From assembly GCA_963667175.2 (NCBI GenBank), contig CAXXXF010000018.1, positions 224,001 to 288,000 of the forward strand: a stretch of DNA of 64,000 nucleotides, written 5' to 3'. The number at the start of each line of letters is the position of its first letter. The stretch's first letter is position 1. Shown in pieces: positions 48,649-58,420 of the stretch. The DNA comes from Candidatus Latescibacterota bacterium (GTDB lineage: Bacteria; Latescibacterota; UBA2968; GCA-2709665). The notes under the pieces were generated by a model, which searched no databases, had not been told where the DNA came from, and saw nothing but the letters and a program-made list of their open reading frames with translations. The position numbers and the translations under genes are program-made.

Positions 48649-51600
48649 AGAGGGCTAACTATTCGACCTATGACGGACTCAACGCGGTACTCTCCATCCC
48701 TTTTTTCGAGGCATCCCATCCGGGTCAAGAACTCCACAGCCAACTTGCAGTCCTCTAACGTGAGAGGAGGAGTTCCTTCCACCAGATCTCCCAAAGTCTC
48801 CAAATCCTCTTCTGAGACTTTGTCACATTCGACTAAAGTCCGTACTACTCGGCGAGACTCCGCCCGGGAATCCAAACCGACCTGCTGCAACAGCTTAGAG
48901 CCCAACTTGGATCCCGGACTGGCAACCTCCTCGATCAGACTTTTCGCATGAGATCGGGGGTCGTCATGGTCGCCGCACCGGCGCAAAAGGTCATCCAGCA
49001 AGAATGGCCACCCCCCGGTGGCCTCCAGCACCTTCCGGCAAATCTCGGGCGAATCCAGCTTATCGGCCTGGCTCAATCGCTGTTGAATTCCGACTTCGTT
49101 CCACCGACGCAGGTAAATGGAGTCAGTCCCATCCTCGAGGCCGGTACGCTGATCCGCAGGTAATCTCAGCCAGGTCCAGGCAGCCTCCGGTTTGAGGACA
49201 AAAACGACCCGTAGGGGCCGCCTACCCCTTTGGTTAAAATCCCCGCACATCAGCGATACTTTCCAGACGTATCGGGCCATATCGCCTCCTGTGCCCCTGA
49301 GCCGACCATAAGTCAATAACTGCTCGAACCCTCGTTGCTTTTTGGCGTGGGCGTCCAACCATGCACAGGTTCGATTGGCCTGGCTCAATTCTTGAGCAGG
49401 AATCTCACTGCCACCCATACGGTCTAAAGCCTGGTCCAACGCGTCCAGTCCCAATGCCTGGGAGCCAAAGACTAGACTCACGCCGGATGCCCCGGATTGT
49501 TGGATGCGGCCTTCTTCTACTAACGTCAACGGACTGTATCTGAGGCCCTGGTCACCCAATAGTACGTGCTGACTATCGGGCTGAAACTGGGTGGGCTGAG
49601 ATTTTTCCGATAGCTCCAACAGACGACTTTCTATATCCTCCTCGGTACCCATCATGCGGACGAGATTGGGACTGCGTAGCATGTATTGATTCTCATCCTG
49701 GTTGTGTACCAATATGCCCAGACCGACCATTTCTCCTAATAGTCCTCTCAAGGCTTCGGTGTGGACGTCATCGAAACCTTGAGGCCACCACTCTCGCGCC
49801 CGTTGGAGAAGCTCGTTCACGCTGAATGAACGGACATAGCTGTCTCGCGTCTCTTTTTGCTCATAGATCATGGACCACGCGATACACTGATATCGTGGAT
49901 CCAATTGCAGAGTCCAATCGAGCCGTTCCCGAATGACCTTTCGAGCTTGAGGCAAGCGATACACGGCCTCGACATCCTCCGAGCGCACTTTGTAAGGCGG
50001 TCCGGTAATGGACCTCTTGGCTTGCAGGCGGCGCACGAGTTCATGGCAGAAATACTGTATCAAACCGGGATGGTAGTTGGTGTAGGACAAAACTTTGAGC
50101 ACTGTGGTCTCATCAACGAACCGGTAACCCAGCGTCTCCAGAGGTTCCCGCACCAGGTCCCGGGCGGAACTGGCTTCGAGAGGTCCCACCAGTAAATTCT
50201 CGCCGAAGTGCGCCAAAGGCTGGTTGGGGATATCATTAAACCTTTGGACGTTGTGCAGTCCGGCAAAGACCACCTTGAAGCGAGATTGAGTATCCTGCAT
50301 TAGGGATCTCAGTCTTTCGACGACTTGGAAGCTGTTTTGAGCATCGGCACCCAGGAAGGAATCGGCTTCATCAAGCAGGACGAGAACACGCCGCTGCGGA
50401 GCCACATCCATTGCGTTTTGGATGTGGCTTATGATTCTGTCAGGTTGAGACGCCGCTATCCGCTCTCCGATTAGTGAGTGTTTCTTAAAGCCATCACGCA
50501 ATTTTATCCACAGTAGATCGGGCTGTTCGCCTGCCAGGGCATCACCCACCAGCTTGATGTCTTGGACCCAGGCATACCGCTCGTGATCTGGCTCGTGAAA
50601 CGTACGCTCTACCTGGCGCAATAGTGCGGACTTGCCCAACTGTCGCCCACCGAATACGATGCAGTTACCCTCGTTTTGTAGCTGACGCACCATTTTGTCG
50701 CGACCATAGTACATTTCAGGCGGTACGTTTCCTGCCTGGAACGGCGTATAGGGATTCAAAGCAGCGTAGGGCAAACTACAACGCAGGAAAGCTGGAAGGC
50801 GGGTATCGTCAAGCCTGGCCAGGAATGCCAGTAGGACCTCATCGAGCACCACGAGAGCCAATTCTCGTTGCCCGGCACGCGTGGCTATGTCTCCTCGTCG
50901 CCGTTCAGTCAATCGTCCGAGGAAAAAAACGATGACAGTCTTGGTATCCAGTCCTATTTCACGCAAAAAAGCTCCGATAGAGGCGGCACCAGGGCGTTCC
51001 CACAGACATACCACATCGTAGCGGCCATTGGCTTGCGAGCCCAGTTGAGGGATCGGCCGCGCGAGGTCGCTGGCCGATGCATCTACTTCGCAGTGGAGCC
51101 AATCCCGGCCTCGATTCTTCACTTTGACAGCCGATTCTCTTTCCGGTAGATGAAAACCAAGATATGCCAACAAGTTTGGTACATGCCGATGAGCAACTGT
51201 TGGCTGGTCCTGATGTCGCTTAAGCATGTGCCAGGATCGAAAGGCCCTGACGACTTCATCTCGGCGGGTTTTTGGTAACTCACCGAACGCCACCTTTTCC
51301 CAAGTTTTGCCTTTTTCAACCTCACGGGCCAATTGATTGACATTCCCCAAGCTTGCAAGCCCCGATTCAATACCTGGACTTGCATTCTTGAACTCACTTA
51401 AGTAGTCGCGTTCGGAAGGTGGGGCTAACCAGGCACTATCCCATTCAACCTCACCCTGGAGGACTTCGCGCAGGTGGGCTAAGCCTTCTTCGACGACTCT
51501 GGTATCGCCCTGTTTAAAGGATTTCTGAATAAACGCCTTCAAGGCTTTCATTTGGTCGACTTCGATCTTTTGCAATAGGCCTTGCCGCATTTCCTTCCAT

Positions 51601-53942
51601 TGACTTTTCAACTCTTGCAATCGGTCTGCGCGTTTCTGGTTCAATTGGTGCTCAATATCGTCCAGTCGTCGGAACAGAGGCTCGAAGCACATGGGCTCTT
51701 CAATCTCCGCTGTTTCCAATTCAGCGCTGAGACCGGTACGTTCTTCTTCAACCAGTAGCCCGTCGACCATTCCCTGTTCGATTGCGCCCCGTACGCTGGC
51801 GACCTTATCCGCAAGAGCCGCTCGGGCACCCTTGAGCGCCTCGTCGTTTCGATCCTCGAACTCTTGACGTTCGTCATCGTCATTCAACGCATTCCGCAAT
51901 ATATCGGCGAATCGAAAATCCTGCCCTTCAATGTGCATGGTACAGGCTGCATTAAGTGCGCGTTCCTCGGCCAGGGACTGCCGCAAGAACGTGGCAATAT
52001 CTGCCTCTTGATCCTCTCCAAGAAAGCCGTGGTCGTCCAGGGAAACTTCAGGGAGCCACAACAGGCGTCTCGTTAACGCCTGTTTCAGTGAGCCGCTTTC
52101 GCGCTGCATCCATGCTTGAGGATCTTCATTATCGGCTTGCCCCTCTAAACCCAACAATCGGGTTACTTGGCCTATAGCCAGGTGCAAAACGCGGGCACAT
52201 GCGGCTTCTTGTTCGGCTTGTTCCTGCTGTTGCATGCGATCGAGTTCGGATGTGACATCTGGCAAGATTGCTTGTATTTGGTCACGCAATTCCCTTACAA
52301 GATCGGTCCACCAGTCGCCGTTGGTGTTGATCACCTCACTCTTCTTAATCAAGGAACACCAGTGGTCGGCCAACGTCACAGCGTCTTCTATGCTGCGTAC
52401 CAATTGGTCTCGCGGAACTCCGGTGATCGGTCTGGAGGGACGCCCTGGCGTTAACTCACGGTCAATCTGGTGAATGCGGTCCTCAATCTTGCGGCCTTTG
52501 AGTTCTCTTACTCGCTGTCGGATCTTTTCGATTTCGTCGGTATGGTTATTACTCACCGGATACAATAGTTGCCCCAAATCTCCGTCTCGGTTCACCAATC
52601 GTCGGAGGACGTTTGTCGCCCTTACCATTTTTAGTCTACGGACCTTATTGTTCTCCAATAGGCTACCCGCTCTCGTAGCTGTCTCTTCAATGCCGTCTGA
52701 TAAATCTGCCTGATGTTCTACGCCAAGTAAATCGTCCCGCTGCAAAGGATAACCTGCGCGGGTAAACGCACGAATTGCATCAGCCAGCCTGCCGAAAGGG
52801 GAATCAACCTCATCTCTTTGTGGAAGCCAACTGGTCAATCCGGTGTACGGGGCAATTAAGGCGGGACGAATTGCCGCAGCCAATCCTAAAACTCGCTCGG
52901 CGTTATTTTTAGGTGCCAGATCCGTTGTAATGTCTTTGATAGCGTGGACCAAACTGTCAGCATCGTCTTCCAACCAACGCGAGCCTTGAAGCACGGCAAG
53001 CAATTCAGGCGCGACGGGTACGTTTCGGCCTCTTGCTTTCAACGAAAGAGCAAGCCAATAGGCGCCTGCCCAATCCTCTTCAGCCAACAGGCTCCAGCCC
53101 AGCGATTCCCAGTTCTCATCGGAGTCGTCCTCTTGCAATTGCATCGCCGCGTCGCGAACCGAACGCAACTTTGCCGACCTTTTTACGGGGTGCTGGAGTG
53201 TTGAAGGGGCGGGCTCGCTCTGCTTCGGTTCGGACTCGTCTGGCTTGTCTGAAAGTTCGCCTTCGGCATCTTGCTGGTTGGAACTGGTTTCCTCTTTAGA
53301 TTCGTCTGCGGGGGGACGAGCGTCTTTCTTGGCCGGTTGCTCCTCATCAGAACCAGGGTGTTCATCAGACGGACCTTTTCCGGGTTCAGGGGGATCCGTG
53401 TCGGGTTCATCGTCGTCTTGGGTGTCCTCTTCCGGGGTCTGTTGTGGCTCCGGTTCGGCTTCTGCAAACTCCTGTTCGAGTTGTTTTGCGAGTAAGTTTA
53501 TTCGATCTTCCGTGTCGTTCAAGTCCGTCCGATGCTTGCGGGTCTCCTGGAAGTTTTCAGGCGTTTCCTGCTTTAACATACGAAGCCCATTTAGCTGCTC
53601 CAGCAGATTTACGGCTATTTTCGCACGCCTTGGAACCTGATCAGCAGGGCAACTGGCCGCTTGCCAATTGGCTATGCCGAGGCTTTCGAATCCAAAAAAC
53701 GCTATCTCACCGGCGTAGTCGTCTCGCAATTGGTCCAATGTCTGTTGGAGATGGAGCCGCCCCGCTTTCTTCTGTTCGTCGCACTTGTGCTCGGCGAGGA
53801 GCCGTACCTTTTCGACGAATCCTTCGACCTGGTCTGTTTCCCATTCCGAAGCATCCGAAGGCCACTCGCGCAGTTCCTCAATAACGCTGGCCCATCGCGT
53901 ATCGTTCAGGCTCTCGCCATTCTGTTTCTTGACATCGCTCAT
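48645..53942 (-). CDS. Giant (~1765 aa) STAND-like NTPase with a second degenerate NTPase module
   Basis: NPY...MYYGR, GGRQLGKS, VLVLLDEAD, KVVFAG and NYHPGLIQ; second module VFGSQALG...TGGWP; RBS GAGGA. Confidence 0.8.
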   Translation of the reverse strand: MSDVKKQNGESLNDTRWASVIEELREWPSDASEWETDQVEGFVEKVRLLAEHKCDEQKKAGRLHLQQTLDQLRDDYAGEIAFFGFESLGIANWQAASCPADQVPRRAKIAVNLLEQLNGLRMLKQETPENFQETRKHRTDLNDTEDRINLLAKQLEQEFAEAEPEPQQTPEEDTQDDDEPDTDPPEPGKGPSDEHPGSDEEQPAKKDARPPADESKEETSSNQQDAEGELSDKPDESEPKQSEPAPSTLQHPVKRSAKLRSVRDAAMQLQEDDSDENWESLGWSLLAEEDWAGAYWLALSLKARGRNVPVAPELLAVLQGSRWLEDDADSLVHAIKDITTDLAPKNNAERVLGLAAAIRPALIAPYTGLTSWLPQRDEVDSPFGRLADAIRAFTRAGYPLQRDDLLGVEHQADLSDGIEETATRAGSLLENNKVRRLKMVRATNVLRRLVNRDGDLGQLLYPVSNNHTDEIEKIRQRVRELKGRKIEDRIHQIDRELTPGRPSRPITGVPRDQLVRSIEDAVTLADHWCSLIKKSEVINTNGDWWTDLVRELRDQIQAILPDVTSELDRMQQQEQAEQEAACARVLHLAIGQVTRLLGLEGQADNEDPQAWMQRESGSLKQALTRRLLWLPEVSLDDHGFLGEDQEADIATFLRQSLAEERALNAACTMHIEGQDFRFADILRNALNDDDERQEFEDRNDEALKGARAALADKVASVRGAIEQGMVDGLLVEEERTGLSAELETAEIEEPMCFEPLFRRLDDIEHQLNQKRADRLQELKSQWKEMRQGLLQKIEVDQMKALKAFIQKSFKQGDTRVVEEGLAHLREVLQGEVEWDSAWLAPPSERDYLSEFKNASPGIESGLASLGNVNQLAREVEKGKTWEKVAFGELPKTRRDEVVRAFRSWHMLKRHQDQPTVAHRHVPNLLAYLGFHLPERESAVKVKNRGRDWLHCEVDASASDLARPIPQLGSQANGRYDVVCLWERPGAASIGAFLREIGLDTKTVIVFFLGRLTERRRGDIATRAGQRELALVVLDEVLLAFLARLDDTRLPAFLRCSLPYAALNPYTPFQAGNVPPEMYYGRDKMVRQLQNEGNCIVFGGRQLGKSALLRQVERTFHEPDHERYAWVQDIKLVGDALAGEQPDLLWIKLRDGFKKHSLIGERIAASQPDRIISHIQNAMDVAPQRRVLVLLDEADSFLGADAQNSFQVVERLRSLMQDTQSRFKVVFAGLHNVQRFNDIPNQPLAHFGENLLVGPLEASSARDLVREPLETLGYRFVDETTVLKVLSYTNYHPGLIQYFCHELVRRLQAKRSITGPPYKVRSEDVEAVYRLPQARKVIRERLDWTLQLDPRYQCIAWSMIYEQKETRDSYVRSFSVNELLQRAREWWPQGFDDVHTEALRGLLGEMVGLGILVHNQDENQYMLRSPNLVRMMGTEEDIESRLLELSEKSQPTQFQPDSQHVLLGDQGLRYSPLTLVEEGRIQQSGASGVSLVFGSQALGLDALDQALDRMGGSEIPAQELSQANRTCAWLDAHAKKQRGFEQLLTYGRLRGTGGDMARYVWKVSLMCGDFNQRGRRPLRVVFVLKPEAAWTWLRLPADQRTGLEDGTDSIYLRRWNEVGIQQRLSQADKLDSPEICRKVLEATGGWPFLLDDLLRRCGDHDDPRSHAKSLIEEVASPGSKLGSKLLQQVGLDSRAESRRVVRTLVECDKVSEEDLETLGDLVEGTPPLTLEDCKLAVEFLTRMGCLEKRDGEYRVESVIGRIVSPL

Positions 53943-54048
53943 ATACAATCCTCAATATAGGATTCGTCTAGATTCCTGTATCATTTCGCGGTCTCATCTA
54001 CCCCGGAGTGACGACACCCTCATCCGCCAACGCTGCGGCATAGCAAAT

Positions 54049-54134
54049 CGCCGCCTGGTCGGATTCGCGTGAGACCGATGGATAGCTTTTCGTAATCTCG
54101 TCGGGGTCCAGACCGGAAGCAAGATTGTCAAGAA
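54049..54134 (-). promoter_or_regulatory. 86-bp upstream module, copy 2 (putative promoter of the STAND operon)
   Basis: Diverged repeat of 43880-43965. The minus strand has TTGACA and TTGCTT-N17-GAGATT. Confidence 0.55.
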
Positions 54135-54305
54135 TCGTGGTCACCAGAACAGGATGGCCGGAGTGGGAATTTGCGGTCTATGTGAGTCGATTTACTGCCG
54201 TTTCTCGTTCTCTCGTGCTTTTCTCTCGCTCCAGGCTTCTTCCTGCACCAAGTTATGATCCTGCTCCTGTTTTCTGTTCCTGATAAGCCTGGTTGGTTTT
54301 GGTTC

Positions 54306-54382
54306 TTATCCTGTTAATCCCGTTATTCCTGCTAATCCTGATCGCTCTTCGGTTTTCATCCTGTCCATCCTGTGCATCCATG
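54306..54382 (+). repeat. Tandem 9-mer (xxATCCTGT-like) repeats forming the intron 5' flank
   Basis: TTATCCTGT TAATCCCGT TATTCCTGC TAATCCTGA ... TCATCCTGT CCATCCTGT GCATCCATG; a related inverted copy lies at 58237-58252. Confidence 0.7.
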
Positions 54383-55144
54383 GTGCGCCGTGAAAGGCGC
54401 GGAACTCCAGTGGGTGAGAGTCCCACCCGACAAATGTTGCTACAGTCGGTAGCAACCGGAGCGGGGGTGAAGGTAACGACATCTCCGAAGCCTCCGGTGT
54501 AAAGGGTCGCAAGGCGACTCGGCGAGTATGCGGGCCGAAACGTGCAGTGAACGCTGAGCAGGCCTCGAAAAAGGTAATGCGGGAGCCGACCCGCCCATGG
54601 ATCGGGGAAGGCCGCCGTCGTTGGAAAAAGAGAGCAACGCGTGCATCCAACGGTCCCGCCGGGGTAATGGCGAAGGCACGTATACAAGGGGTTCCGACGC
54701 AACACGGGAAGCCCCAGCGGTGGTGAATAGACACCAACCGGACGCCCGTGAGGGACAGGCCGGGCCGTATGGGGTGGCGGACAGGCTCGTAGTACCCGTG
54801 AAGCCGGGTAACGCCGGTGGAGGGAAGGGGCCTGACTTCGGATGTGCTTGCGAAGGGGACAACTGTCGGGAGAGTGGCGCAAGCCTATTACCTCCTCTAA
54901 AAGTAGATGAGGCGACTCCGGAACAAGCTTGGGCTTCAGGTGAAGCTGTCCGGGCAGTGCGGGCAGCGTGTGCCTGAAGGCGACGTCCGTCGGAGAGCCG
55001 GATGCGGGAAACCCGCACGTCCGGTTCGACGAGCGGGATGTGGAAACGGAGCACGGAGCGGCTATTGAGGCACCGCCAGACGAAAGGGGCGGAAACAGAT
55101 AAGAAGGGCCACTCCTAAACCACCGCGCCACATCCCGACTCTAC
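54383..55144 (+). ncRNA. ORF-less group II intron ribozyme (762 nt)
   Basis: 5' GTGCG and 3' CTCTAC; domain V GAGCCGGATGCGGGAAACCCGCACGTCCGGTTC (54995-55027); DII/DIII-like GTAGTACC...GGGTAAC...GGAGGGAAGG; EBS1 CATGGAT (54596-54602) complementary to IBS1 ATCCATG (54376-54382); no RT ORF. Confidence 0.92.
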
Positions 55145-55179
55145 TAAGTTCCCGCTTATGAGTTGAAGGGGTTACACCC

Positions 55180-56478
55180 TCAATCCGCGGGGACCATTTC
55201 CGGCGCTTTGCATGCGAAGACGTCGATGGGCGGGAGATTGCGGTCGGGGCCGAGTTCGAGTTGGCGGGGGCCGACCAGGATGTCCAGGTTGTCCCGCATT
55301 TCGGCCATGTCAAGGTAGGCGGTGGAGGCTTCGACTTCGCCCAGGTCGAGGGTATTCTTGATCCAGAGCACTTTGGCATCGCACGGCTCGATAAGCCCGA
55401 TGGATTCCAACCCGATCTGCAGGACTTCCTCGTCGGTGGGGAAGTGCATGGGGATGGAGGCAGCGGGCGGATGCTGCCCCGTAATGGCGTTGATATTCGT
55501 CGCATAGTGGTCGATTTTCTCCACCAGCCGGTCCGTGGTGAATTCGGCCATACCCACGCCCACCGCGTTGCCATGGGTCTTTTCCGTGAGGTCCCGGACG
55601 AAGATCCGCAGCACGCGAGGCGTGTCGCCGTCCGCCGCGCGGCGTTCGTTGCGCTTGCGCCCCACCACGTTCGTATCGATGCCGGAGCCGCTGATGTCTT
55701 TGCCCATCTCGTCGATGATCAGCAGGTCCACGTCGTCGAAGGGCAGGCGGGGACACCAGGCCTTGGCCTTGACCAGAAGCTCCTTCTCGGCGCTTTCGAA
55801 GTCGGCGGCGGGAACCGCCGCGATCTGCGCGGTCTCGTCATAGCCGTTTTCGAGCAGGGCGACGCCGAACGTGATGGGCATTTTTTCCCGGACGGACTTG
55901 CCCACAACGCGAACGATCTTGTCGAACGAGTGATGGATGATGGCGCGGTGATAGATCGTCGCACCCTTGTGCTTTCCCAGGCCGATGAGCATCATTTTCA
56001 TCAGGCCGCTTTCGATCTCGCCCACGAAGCCCGTGTGGGGCTTCACGCGGTTGACGACGACCACGTGGTCGGCCTCGGAGGCGCATTTGTCGAAGTAGAC
56101 CGGCATGCCGAAATCCGTGACGTCGATCTCGACAACCTCCATCGAGGATTTGACGGGCGCGCCCACGGTTTCTTCGGTGATTCCGTATTCGGCGAGAATC
56201 CCGGCCTGGCCTTCGGCCGTGCCGCCGCCGTGACTGCCCATCGCGGGAACGATAAAGGGCCTGGTGCCCAGCGCGACCATCTCTCTGACGATCGTCGCAA
56301 TGACCGTGTCGAGGTTCGCGATGCCCCGCGAACCCGCGGCGATCGCGACGCTATGCCCGGGCCTGATGGTGTCACCGGGGTTGAGGTTTCGGATTTCACG
56401 GCGCGTGTCTCCCGGTATGTCGTCCACGCGCGGCGCGTCGAACCGCTGGCGGAGCCGGAACATGTGGGGATATTGCAT
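55180..56478 (-). CDS. Lactate racemase LarA-like/DUF2088 domain protein
   Basis: AGSRGIAN, VPAMGSHGG, NRVKPHT, ESGLMKM and GKDISGSGIDTNV motifs; RBS GGAGG. Confidence 0.8.
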   Translation of the reverse strand: MQYPHMFRLRQRFDAPRVDDIPGDTRREIRNLNPGDTIRPGHSVAIAAGSRGIANLDTVIATIVREMVALGTRPFIVPAMGSHGGGTAEGQAGILAEYGITEETVGAPVKSSMEVVEIDVTDFGMPVYFDKCASEADHVVVVNRVKPHTGFVGEIESGLMKMMLIGLGKHKGATIYHRAIIHHSFDKIVRVVGKSVREKMPITFGVALLENGYDETAQIAAVPAADFESAEKELLVKAKAWCPRLPFDDVDLLIIDEMGKDISGSGIDTNVVGRKRNERRAADGDTPRVLRIFVRDLTEKTHGNAVGVGMAEFTTDRLVEKIDHYATNINAITGQHPPAASIPMHFPTDEEVLQIGLESIGLIEPCDAKVLWIKNTLDLGEVEASTAYLDMAEMRDNLDILVGPRQLELGPDRNLPPIDVFACKAPEMVPAD

Positions 56479-56562
56479 TTGGGGCCTCCGGAGGTAGAGG
56501 TCGTAAGTCAGCAAATGATCTCGTTGCAGGCGCCGCCGCCGTCGATCGGATTCGACGAAAAC

Positions 56563-57720
56563 TCACATAGCGGCTTCGTAAAGCGCAATGACGTCCTTAA
56601 GCGTGGTGTGGCGCGGGTTGATCTGGATATTCCCGCTCTTCATCGCGTCTTCCGCAAGTACGGGAATCCCTTCGGGAACGACGCCGACGTCGGTAAGGGT
56701 TTCAGGGATGCCGACTTCCGCCGCCAGCGTTTTCACGGCATCCACGGCAACGTCGGCGGCCTCCATGGGCGAAAGGCCGTCGATGTCTTCGCCAAGTGCG
56801 GCCGCGACGTCGGCGAATCGTTCCGGGCACGCGACCTTGTTGAAATCCATCACCCGGGTGAGCAGGATGGCATTGGCGACGCCGTGAGGGACGCCGTAGT
56901 GGCCGCCCACGGCGTGGGACATCGCGTGCACGTTGCCCAGGCGCGTCTGCGAAAAGGCGATGCCGGCCATATTGCTCGCCAGAAGCATCTGCTCGGTGGC
57001 TGCGTAATTGTGGTGGCTGGCGGCGGCCTGCCGGAGGTTTTCCGCAATCAGCCGGATGGCATGCAGCGCCAGGCCGTCCGAAATGGGGTTGGAGGCCAGC
57101 GCCACGTAGGACTCCACCGCGTGGGTGAGCGCGTCCATCCCCGTCGCGGCGGCGATGGGCATGGGCAGAGCAACGGCCGCATTGACGTCCAGGATGCCCA
57201 CGTCCGGAATCACGTGAGGACCGCCTACCCCTGCCTTGAAGTGGTTGTTGTCCGTCACGACGGCGAACGGGGTGACTTCGCTGCCCGTGCCGTAGGTCGT
57301 GGGTACGCACAACAGAAAGGGCACGCGTTTCCGCCCCTGCAACAGACCGAAGTGGTCTTCAATTCTGCCGCCGTTGGATGCGAGGACGCCGGCGCACTTG
57401 GCCGTATCCATCGAAGACCCCCCGCCAATGGCCAGCAGCCAGTCGCAGCCCTGTGACTCGTACAGATCGAAACAGGCCTGAATGACGTGTACCGGCGGGT
57501 TTTCTTCCACACCGTCGTAAACCACGAAGGGGATTCCCGCGTCCTCCAGGACACCGGTGGTCTGCTGTGCCACGCCGGCTTTGACCAGGCCCTTGTCGGT
57601 AACGACGAGGGCTTTTTTCTCGTGCCGGCCGGATAGAATCCGCGGGATTTCAGACACGCTGCCACGGCCCACGAGAAGCCGGGTGGGCGAATGAAAGGTG
57701 AAGCTGTCTTGTTCCGTCAC
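56563..57720 (-). CDS. Iron-containing alcohol dehydrogenase
   Basis: GGGSSMD, PTTYGTGSEVT, GMDALTHAVE and HAMSH...HG motifs; RBS AAGGAG. Confidence 0.93.
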   Translation of the reverse strand: MTEQDSFTFHSPTRLLVGRGSVSEIPRILSGRHEKKALVVTDKGLVKAGVAQQTTGVLEDAGIPFVVYDGVEENPPVHVIQACFDLYESQGCDWLLAIGGGSSMDTAKCAGVLASNGGRIEDHFGLLQGRKRVPFLLCVPTTYGTGSEVTPFAVVTDNNHFKAGVGGPHVIPDVGILDVNAAVALPMPIAAATGMDALTHAVESYVALASNPISDGLALHAIRLIAENLRQAAASHHNYAATEQMLLASNMAGIAFSQTRLGNVHAMSHAVGGHYGVPHGVANAILLTRVMDFNKVACPERFADVAAALGEDIDGLSPMEAADVAVDAVKTLAAEVGIPETLTDVGVVPEGIPVLAEDAMKSGNIQINPRHTTLKDVIALYEAAM

Positions 57721-57821
57721 AATGCGTGCTCCTTGAAGTACGGTAGAAACAGGAACTGTCCTCACGTAATTTAGGCGTTACGTCAAGTGGGGACAAGCAG
57801 ATTCAGCGGTCAGGAAAAAAA

Positions 57822-57900
57822 GCTATCAGCTGTCAGCCTTCAGCCGTCAGCAAAGATCAAAAACGACAATCAACTCACACGAAGACACAAAGACACAAAG
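57822..57900 (+). repeat. Short tandem repeats (TCAGC-containing heptamers; ACACAAAG octamers)
   Basis: GCTATCAGCTGTCAGCCTTCAGCCGTCAGC and ACACGAAGACACAAAGACACAAAG. Confidence 0.6.
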
Positions 57901-58420
57901 AAAAACAAGCCAGCAATCAGACGTCAGCTTGAAGCAAAGTCGAAAATCAAATTCAAGATCCCCTTTTCCCCAAATTCCCTGCCTCCGGCGGGTTCCTTTT
58001 GAAGCGACCAAAAGGAACCAAAAGTCGCCGTAAGTGTCCCGTCCCGGAAATATGTCGCCATTCATCCGCCGATTCATCCCGTCTGGCGGCGTTGCCTTCA
58101 CTCGCCGAACTTACCCAGGTCGCCTGCGCTCAGGCGCCTTGCCAGCCGGGCGACTCGACGGCCGAACTCAGGCAATCTATTTCCAGGACGGAACACGGAG
58201 CGCGGGGCCTGCCACAGGCACAGCGCGAACACCCTCACAGGATGCACAGGATCCTCTGCCCTGAGACCCGCGGCGGCACATCGATCCGCGTCGCTGGACG
58301 GATCAGCGCGCTCTGCTCTGGTAGTGCTCCGGTCAGTTCTTCCCTTCGTAGTCTGATTGGTGTCTGAATAATGAGCGCAGCTGGTGGCGATCAGCTCCAA
58401 GCCGTCAGTTTGAATCACAC

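Noticed and set aside
54253-55131. ORFs of 292, 204, 143 and 126 aa over the intron
   Set aside because: Shadow translations of the structured ribozyme; no RT or maturase motifs.
26200-55150. Prophage or ICE
   Set aside because: No integrase, structural, conjugation or replication genes, and no tRNA or att duplication seen.
55261-57456. 731-aa plus-strand ORF and similar long antisense ORFs throughout the window
   Set aside because: Antisense shadows of well-supported genes, expected in GC-rich DNA.
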